A model generated the notes under the pieces. It was not told the DNA's origin. It saw only the letters and a program-made list of their open reading frames with translations, and did no database searches. Of a stretch of DNA of 64,000 nucleotides, positions 55,501 to 64,000 are shown in pieces. The stretch's first letter is position 1. Each line of letters starts with the position of its first letter. This stretch comes from Sminthopsis crassicaudata. Taxonomy: Eukaryota. The stretch spans positions 514,619,675-514,683,674 of the forward strand of contig NC_133618.1 of assembly GCF_048593235.1 (NCBI RefSeq), read 5' to 3'. A program made the position numbers and the translations under genes.

Positions 55501-58500
55501 TACTCCCAGAAGGAAGCCATATAAAGGATCTTTTCTTCAGGGATCTAACCCCATCTCTTCCAACTCTTACCTTCTTTCCCCTAGCTATATATCTCTAATC
55601 CTTTCAGCCCTGTTAATTATCTATATGATTCCCATCTATCAGATCAGAGATTTAACCTTTTTTTGCATGTCTTTTGATAATCTAGTGACAACTATGGACC
55701 CTCTTCTCAAAACAAAATTAGTTGCTTAGTTATAAAAAAGGGAAATGTTATTTTAGTTACAGGTTTGTGAAAATGAAGATTTTTTTTCCCCATAATCCCC
55801 TTGAGGGATTCACCTATGAATTCCTGTTTTAAGATATTGATATGGTTTCTTCTTCAGCATCTGGCTGCCAGCTCAGGAACAGGCCCTTCAGACTTTGAGC
55901 AACTAGAACAAATTCTTGAAGCAATTCCCCAGGTGAAATACATCTGCCTGGATGTGGCCAATGGCTACTCGGAGCATTTTGTTGAATTCCTGAAGGATGT
56001 TAGAAAACGCTTCCCCCAGCACACTATCATGGTATGTCTTTGTTTGCTACACATCTTGGCATATTCCTGGCTTGTCTTCACCTCATCCTATCTGTTCCTT
56101 TCACAAAATTATAGAATTTAGAATTGGGAAAACCACAAAGATTATCTAGTCAAACCTTTCCATTTTACAAATGGATAGAGATTCAAAGCAGCTAAACTTG
56201 CCACAGCTCCTCCTATATTAGAAAATTTCTTCCCTGCAACCTCATCTATCCCATCTCATTTTATACTACCGTAACTCATTAACTCTGTGCTTCATACACA
56301 GGGTGCCCTAGGCGGCTTTAAAGCTGCATTCCAATTTTGGAGCCACCCTGTATTTCTTGCTTGATGAAGCATGCCTGACATAGCCCTCGAGAAGCTTCTG
56401 ACCAAATATTCAAAACAGAATCTTGTGCATCTGTGATACATAATGGTCTGCTCACTGAGGCTCAGATGTGCCATGGACACATAAAAGGAAGCACATGGTT
56501 CAGGTGATAGCCAAATCTTGCACAATGTGGTTAATTTCCTTGTGTCAAACTGTGTTTTAAAATTATACAGAATAATGAAATAAGGCCATTATTCACCTTG
56601 CAGAATTCTCTTTTACAAAGGCCTGGCAGGTTTCTGGAGTCAGGTGAGGATAGAGTTATGTCCACTATAAGGTAGTCACACACTCAAACATCCAAGAGCT
56701 GGCCCCAGATGGGCACTGCAACTTCTTGGACCAATCCATTTTCCTCTTCACTGAATTGCCCTCCATGTTCTGCCACATCTTCCAGCTAATCCTGGCATTG
56801 AGGCCAATGGGAAGGTGCTTCACTAAAACAGATTCTAATGCAATGGTGCCACACCAATTACCGAGACTAGTTAATGCATGAGTCAGAATTTAACATAACT
56901 GAAATAGATACTGGTATTAATAATATAAACAAAGAGGATATAGGGAAATGCCTGCCTGGCAAAGGAAGTTGAAATGTATCCTTGGAGACCTTTTATTGCT
57001 AAAACAGCTGCAATGTTGCCTTCAGCACAATCAAGAATTTTTATTTTTTTCTAGAACACCCTGGTTCATTCACCCTTTCAAACCCCAAACCTCAATACCT
57101 TTCCTTGCTATTTGCTCCACAGGCTGGGAATGTGGTGACAGGGGAAATGGTGGAGGAGCTGATCCTTTCTGGGGCTGACATTATCAAAGTAGGAATTGGA
57201 CCAGGTAAGCTAGAGTTTCACCATCAACAAAAACCTGCCCAACTTATCTTCCTGTGGTTTTAAGCAACTGTGAGACACCAGGGTCTTCTCTCTGTCCTTG
57301 TCTATAGGCTCTGTATGCACCACACGTAAGAAGACTGGGGTGGGCTACCCACAGCTCAGTGCTGTGATGGAGTGTGCTGATGCTGCCCATGGCCTCAAGG
57401 GCCACATCATTTCTGTAAGTTATTGAAGGGCCAAAACATGATTTCTTATATCTGGGGATAAACCCAAAGAACTTGGGGAGTTGTGAACTAGAACTCCTCC
57501 CCATATGGAAATTTAATTGTATGGAAAAAGAGGCATCTGGCAAAGATTATTGGGGCCTTTCTTGAGCTACTGTCACCATCTCACTCCAGTTTCTTCCCCA
57601 CAGGATGGAGGTTGCAACTGTCCTGGAGATGTGGCTAAAGCTTTTGGTAAGTAGTTGGTTTGAGGCAGGAGATGAGAACTGCTTAGAGTCTAATGCTGCT
57701 TAGAGTCTAATGCTGTATCATTACTGAGACACTCCCAGACTTCCCACAGGCAGAGGGAGGCTTTGGGAAACAGTTGAATTTAACATGTTCTACTCCATTC
57801 TTATTTTTGGAGTACAATTCCTATTGAGTAAGCCTAAACTAAGAGCCTAGCCTCTCCCACTCCCTTACTAATATCTTTGTAATTAGCAATGCTAAATTGG
57901 AGAGAGAGCAAGAGAGTTGGAACTTTTTTCATCTTGTTATAGATCTTTTTTCCTTTTCTATAAAAGAATTGGATCTGATTACCTTTAAGGTTCTTTCCAG
58001 TACTAAAATTCCAATCCCAACATCCCTGAAATGAGGGAGCTATTAACTGGAATCTGAGAAGAAAACTGCCCAGATGAGTAGACAACAGCAAGAAAGGGGA
58101 TTTGAGGCTTCTAAGTCAAACTGGGAGCCATTGTGTCACTGAGGGAAAAGTAGAGGCCTAATAATCCGGGGACCATAGCAGAGTAATCTCTCTCTGCCTT
58201 TAAGGGATTCTGGCTTCTGTCAAGAAAAGGGTCCCAATTATATTTAGGCCTGAATTAAATTTGGGTTTTTATTGGGAATCATTTCTTTAAGGAATAAATG
58301 CCTGAACTTGATTAAATTTTTTTGTCTGTTCCTCAATGCTGACAGGAGCAGGTGCTGACTTTGTGATGTTGGGTGGCATGCTGGCTGGTCACACTGAGTC
58401 AGGTGGTGAACTAATCAAGAAGAATGGCAAGAAATACAAACTTTTCTATGGCATGAGCTCTGAGGTAGCTATGAATAAATACGCTGGAGGTGTTGCTGAG

Positions 58501-58935
58501 TACAGGTATAATAGCAGATAAGGCATATAGATGAATTCAAGAATAGGCACTAGGATGCTGTTGAATGGCTCTTAAGAGGGAAAGGAAAAGAAGTTTTCAA
58601 AAAGAATCCATGCCTAACAGGAACAGATGGTACACAAATGGGAAATACATGGGGAAAGGCGGCTATGGGTCTATAGCTGAGTGATTAGCAAGAAAAATTT
58701 CTGGGATCAGAGGAGTAGAAATTGTAACAAACTCATCTGTTTCAGGGCCTCAGAAGGAAAAACAGTAGAAGTGCCCTTCAAAGGTGAGGTAGAACATACC
58801 ATCCGGGATATCCTGGGAGGGATCCGTTCCACCTGCACTTACGTTGGGGCAGCCAAGCTAAAGGAGCTCAGCCGACGTACTACTTTCATTCGAGTCACCC
58901 AGCAAGTGAACCCCATCTTCAACGATGAGAGCTAG
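52566..58935 (+). CDS. GMPR2: GMP reductase 2 (9 coding exons, 348 aa)
   Basis: [22 protein letters not shown]; catalytic GIGPGSVCTT; C-terminus [12 protein letters not shown]. Exons 52566-52652, 52891-53010, 55393-55476, 55858-56031, 57123-57204, 57308-57414, 57604-57646, 58346-58505, 58746-58935 (1047 nt). Confidence 0.98.
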
Positions 58936-59159
58936 GGGAATGAGCAACACTGCCTGGCAATATTACCAGCATTCTAAGAAGAGGTGGTATGGAGAAACCT
59001 CGTGCATTGCAGCCACAATGGATTATCTGGATCAGTGATTTTTTTGTCCCCCAAAGAGCCTTTTGAGGCCTTCATGCTTCACTATTCTCACAAAAAAACT
59101 CAGGCCAGTGGATCTGGGACTTACTGGGAAGGAGGCAGGGAGGAAGAAGAAGGTTATCA

Positions 59160-59165
59160 AATAAA
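59160..59165 (+). terminator. GMPR2 proximal polyA signal
   Basis: First AATAAA ~225 nt after the stop; ATTAAA follows near 59336. Confidence 0.55.
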
Positions 59166-60317
59166 TATTGTTGGAGTCAGGTTATAAACACACTCTGCTG
59201 CAATTTCCTATATGTAAAGCAACATCAGGCAAGAGCTCAAAGCCTGATCTAACTCACAGAAATAGCATTTTGTTTACAAGTATCTACCTGAAAAAACTCA
59301 TCAATTTGAATCTCATTGTTTATTTACCATATTGCATTAAAGTTTGGCCTTTCTCCCAAAAAGCAGTGTGTGCAAACCAGAACTACTCTTAGGAAAGGCA
59401 TCACATCTCTCTAGAAGAGTTTTGGAGCTCTGGGCCCCTTTTGAAAGACAAAGGTTCAGCCAGAGTCAAAGAGGCATACAGATGTACTGCTAAAGACAGG
59501 AAAGTTAGATTGCTCCAGAGGATACTGGAACATTTACTTGATTAGCTGGGCTACACATTTTCAGCATGGTCGGAAGCCTTGTAGAGTGAACATGTGCTTT
59601 TGATTTGGAGTTACAGATGGGACCAGAGTTTCAAGGCTAATGCTGCTCTTTCCTGCTGTGACTTTGGATAAATGATTTAACCTTCCTGGGCTTCAGTTTC
59701 CTCATCTGTAAAACCAAGGGAATTAGACCAAAATTATCTTTTAAGTGGTGTCTATTGTGCCATGCATTTCATAGCACCTGGCTCCATTTCATTCTTATTT
59801 ATGATGACAGTGACATTACCACCAGTGTTACATTAGTTTATCCAGGTGGCTCAAGCATTTTATAAAAATACTATTTGGTATTTTGATCTCCAAATGAAAG
59901 TCACATGTATAGTGGGATCCAAGATTCAGAATTAACATCTCTAAAGTTGCCTCTTCTAAGCTTCTCAACTACTTTGGGCCCAGAGCCAGTCATATCAATT
60001 TCTAAGGAAAGGCAAGAATCGGTGGATTCATCCTATTCCTGGACCAGTTGAAAGGAACTTATTTGGGACACTATATAGACACCACAGGACACCCTTAGCC
60101 TGCCTTACCTCATAGCCAAGACAACATTTCGGAAGATTCAAAATTTAATCACTGGCTGTTACAAAAAAAAAAAAAAAAAAAAAAAAAGTGATAAGGTAAT
60201 ATGATAAGGTAAGACCAATCCTGTATCCCAAAATAAAGATCTGGCTCAAAAGGCAAGCCAAATCTACTCAGTCCATTTTTCAGTTTTCTACCAACTATAA
60301 GGTGGTGCATAGCCATA

Positions 60318-62796
60318 TCAAAGAGACCTAAGCCACTGGGTTTTAATAGGGTCAGTTTGGCCACAGGAAGGGGCCTGGCCAAGTACAGAACTTTGTTCAA
60401 CAGGGGAGAGGTAGTCGCAGAAGGTAGGGATCAGAGTGCCAAACTTCGTCTTCTGATAGCTTTCAAGAAACTTCTGCAGAGAGGGGATTATGGAGGTAGG
60501 GTCATCCTCAGTCATTTACTAAGCACCATACAGATATCATCAGCATGCTGTCACTTTGTGGTTGGAACTGTCCCCATCCCTCCCAAGCTCCCTTCCCCTT
60601 CCCACTCACCTTCCCTCCCCTCTGGCCATTCCCTTCATCATCAGAGTCCAGAACCAAGTCCCCTATGGTAACCACAGGGCTGCACAGAGATGGGGAACAC
60701 ACTGTAGGAGGGAAACCAAAATCAATCCTGTTCCTTACTGAAGTAAATAGACAGGACTCTGGCATCCCCAAAGATTTCAAGTTGCTCTTAGAAGGGAGGA
60801 ATTCCCTTTCCCAACCCCCAACTCAAAGCAGTGTACACCTACCTGGCTCCCTGGCCCCAACAGCAGGTAATGGCAACCTCAAGGGCTCCAGGGAGTGATC
60901 CAGGCAGTTCCTGGGATAAAGGGGCATGAAGGAAAAAAGGGTGAGTTGGAGGAATGGTGGGCAAGGGAGAGAAAGGGGCAATCTAGTGTGGGAAGGGACA
61001 ACACTTCTTAACTCACTCCTTTTGCTCTGAGGAGAGCTCATCAGAAGTCCAGTTCTGTTCCTGAATCCTCCCTCGGAGGGAACGAGCTGAATTTCTGTGT
61101 TTCCCTTGAGGGACTGATCTTGTGCCCATAGTGCCTGCTGGATCTGCCACAGGCTGTCCACGTTCTTTACTGTTCCCATGCTTTATTACATCTTGGACTG
61201 GAAGGCACATACTCCGGAATGGGAAGAGCATGACAGTGGGCCGGTCCTTATGACCTCCCCTGGCAGATGCACAATTTGCCTGGATTTGCCGGCGGCCTAG
61301 AGGTGCCAGGTTGAAGTCCCGACCAGTCAGAATCTCTGGGGGTTTCCTCAAATCCTGTCCTTGGGAAGAGGGAGTGCTGGGTTTGATTGTGGGAACAGGA
61401 TCCTGGAAAACTTGCTCCAGTTGGGGAGAAGGTAGAGGACTCTGCTCCTGGGGTTCTGCTCCCCTCACTGCAGTAAAAAGAGAGGACTCTGAAAGAGAAA
61501 AAAAAATTTTTAAGGGCATTACACAAAAGGGCATCATATATTTCTGTATTCTCGAGCCAACCCTTTATGAGGGCCATCTTAATCCAGTAATACTAATGAA
61601 CTTTTCCCAAAGATCCCACCACAAGCACCATCTTGCTGGATTACTGCCCCAGCTGGCATCAGTACCTTGAAGTAGCCACCCCATGTCCATGCAATACTGA
61701 GTCAGGGCAAGGGGAAGGGGAACCAAGGTTTCAGATTGCATCCCTCCTAATACTTCCTTAAGCTGTAAGAAAAGAGTAGGGATAGGAGCATTAAGATAAC
61801 GCTGTAAAGTCAGGAATTATACACTTTCTGTTCTCCTTTTGCCAATTTGCCTTCCCATCCTTCAAACAAATTACCTCTTGCAACTGTAGCACAGGTAGTG
61901 TCTTTTCTAACTGGCAAAGGTATTCAAATAATAACTTCTCCAGGGCAACTAAGAAGGGTTCCCCATATTCTTGTTCTAGTTCCTAAGAGAAGGAATATGT
62001 CAGATAAAGATTGAAGAGAGGAGTCTGCCCGATTAACTTCCAACAAAGTTCATCTCCTCACCTGCAGCTGAATGGCAAAATCTTCAGGATCTTCTGCCAG
62101 CTGTTTTACTCGTTGGCAAAAGGCCTCGTGTGCCTCCACAATCTTCAGATCCCTTACAGCCTGCGAGTTTGGGGAGTATAAAGATCAACCGAGTTAGAGG
62201 CACTAGACTTGGAGAGTTTGGTTTGGTGTTAGAGGAAACCCATTTAGGATTGCGCCAGTGGGACAAAACGAACTTACATATTGCCTGGTGACTTAATAAC
62301 TAGACCAGAAGATTCACTCACCGCCTTGGAACCGGACTCGCGTGGGCCAGCCTCTGGGAAATGATAGTTTAGGGCATCCAGGACCAGGGACCAGGACTGG
62401 CCTCCCGAGATCATCTCCACGATCACCTACGAGGGATACACTATCCTATGCCAAGATCCCCAAATTCTATTCTCTTACTCCTCCATCCACCCCACTGGCA
62501 CCTCCTTCCTCGCCTACACCTGTGGCTGTCAATGCTTGCATCCCAAAGTCCAGGCTGCCCCAGGATCCCTGCCCAGGTACCTTGGCCCGGAGCCCCAAGC
62601 AGAGCCTCGCGTGATGGCGGGGGCGGACCAGCCCGGGTGCGGCGGTCTTCAGGACTCCCAGCAGTTCCACAACTCGGGGATAGTGGGCCGAGAGACGCCT
62701 CCGTACCACCCACCAGGAAGCAGCCGCAGCCAATCGCAGTGAGGCAGCGGCAGCCGCGGCGGGAGCGGCGGCGCCGGCTTCCGAGGGGCCGGACAT
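60318..62796 (-). CDS. TINF2: TERF1-interacting nuclear factor 2 (shelterin TIN2, long isoform, 9 exons, ~470 aa)
   Basis: [29 protein letters not shown]-binding FNLAPLGRR, dyskeratosis-congenita patch [36 protein letters not shown]. Exons 62581-62796, 62322-62426, 62062-62160, 61875-61982, 61666-61762, 61017-61488, 60843-60910, 60610-60701, 60318-60473 (1413 nt). Confidence 0.95.
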
Positions 62797-62799
62797 CAC

Positions 62800-63460
62800 C
62801 CGCTCAGCCTGGCTCGGGAGCTTCTTCCCTTAGGCAGAGGGGTCGCGGACCCGGCCCATAGAGAGGCGGGGCCCCTGCGTACTCCTCCTCCCCCGCCCCC
62901 CCGCAAGGATGTAGAGGAGTTCGCCGGGGCCTCGCGGTGAGGGCTGAGGGAGTAGAGAGAGGAGGGACGCTCAATTCCGGCCGCCTATGGGTGTCCAGTT
63001 TCCTCAGGGGATCGTTTCCACAGTGTAGGCCGAGATCCCGAAGGGGATGGAGAGTAGGATCTGAACAAGGGGAGGAGCCCAAGCGCCAAAACAACTCCCA
63101 ACGTCTAGCCACCTAGTACGCGCGACGACTGAAACTTCTACCGGCCGACTTCAGCACGTCACTTCCGACTCTGCCGCTAGTTCCGCCTTAGAGATATAAA
63201 GACGTCGAGAAAAAACGAGCCAATCGGCTGCCAAGGGGCGCGGAGACGTCAGACTCGCTACTGGGAGCCACCCAATGGCAGCTGAGGGACACGGCTCCAC
63301 CGTTCTTTGGAGGTACGAATTCCAGAGCACTGAAATTAACTTTTGTGCGCATGCGCACTGAGCGTGGCTCTCCGCTTTTTCTCTGCCGCCTTGTTCCTCT
63401 CACACCTCTCGGTGTGGGTGGTCAGTTTTTGGGCGACGTTTGACTTTCTTCAGGCGAGGG
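62800..63460 (-). promoter_or_regulatory. TINF2 CpG-island promoter
   Basis: GC boxes; composite ETS-CRE CGGAAGTGACGTG (63167-63155); NRF1 palindrome TGCGCATGCGCA (63346-63357); CCAAT boxes near 63220 and 63272. Confidence 0.7.
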
Positions 63461-64000
63461 TTTCGTTATCTTATTTTTTTGTCACACACCCCTTTAACAG
63501 CCCAGTTATTATAACTATAAAAGCTACTTATAGTCTGTCAAGTCTGAAACCTCTTCTTAAAATCATGTTTTTAAATAATGGGAAAAATGCTGAATTTCAC
63601 TCGTTATTGGCTCGTGAGAATAAGGACATTTTCTCCCCATGCAAATTCTCAGACACATTTCCCGTATAGTCTAATTATTCATCCCTCATTTAGGCTGGTG
63701 GAGTCGCGGAATCCGGAGAATGGAGGCTTTATTCTGATAGGGAGGTAACCGAAGCACGTAATTGGGCCCAGCTGGAGCCTGAGGCGAGCTTCTACAGGGC
63801 TGGGAAGGCGGGGCTAGAGTGGGTTTAGCCTAGATTCAGAAGACTGATGAGCAGGTGAGTTTGGGGGCGGAGGGAAGGAGCCTAGGAGAAAGACAATTGT
63901 TCCGAGTCTCTGCCGGAGAACGGCTGTGAGCTGCAGCAGGGTTGAAGGAACCGTAGCTTTTCTGAAGTATCGCGAGGGGCGATACCTATGCCCCCCACTT

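Noticed and set aside
56362-56401. Box C/D snoRNA-like TGATGA...CTGA...CTGA in GMPR2 intron 5
   Set aside because: Only ~40 nt from box C to box D, no terminal stem, and no recognisable rRNA antisense guide.
57679-57715. 17-bp tandem duplication CTGCTTAGAGTCTAATG x2
   Set aside because: Simple intronic slippage event with no further units or spacers.

Overview
This is mammalian genomic DNA, very probably marsupial. The tRNA/CORE-type SINE, the abundant L2/MIR relics and an L1 3' end resemble dasyurid repeats as I recall them; no database search was run. The window is the gene-dense block syntenic to human 14q12: REC8(+), IPO4(-), TM9SF1(-), TSSK4(+), CHMP4A(-), MDP1(-), NEDD8(-), GMPR2(+), TINF2(-). 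I traced all nine genes exon by exon with GT-AG boundaries, and each spliced CDS is a multiple of 3 with a length close to the eutherian orthologue. There is no CRISPR array, rRNA, tRNA gene or intact mobile element. Most ORFs in the track are antisense shadows, intron read-through or repeat-derived. The most interesting signals are regulatory: (1) a head-to-tail minus-strand chain NEDD8>MDP1>CHMP4A>TM9SF1>IPO4 with very short spacers and phase-compatible read-through junctions; (2) a diverged duplicated CCAAT-rich promoter module upstream of REC8; (3) a palindromic bidirectional polyA site shared by REC8 and IPO4; (4) a U12-type intron in IPO4; (5) TSSK4 with the eutherian start ATG replaced by AAG and an alternative acceptor that splits the HRD motif; (6) a conserved TIN2 short-isoform stop. 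I cannot claim a wholly new system from sequence alone. The read-through chain is the best candidate, and part of it (NEDD8-MDP1) is already known in human.
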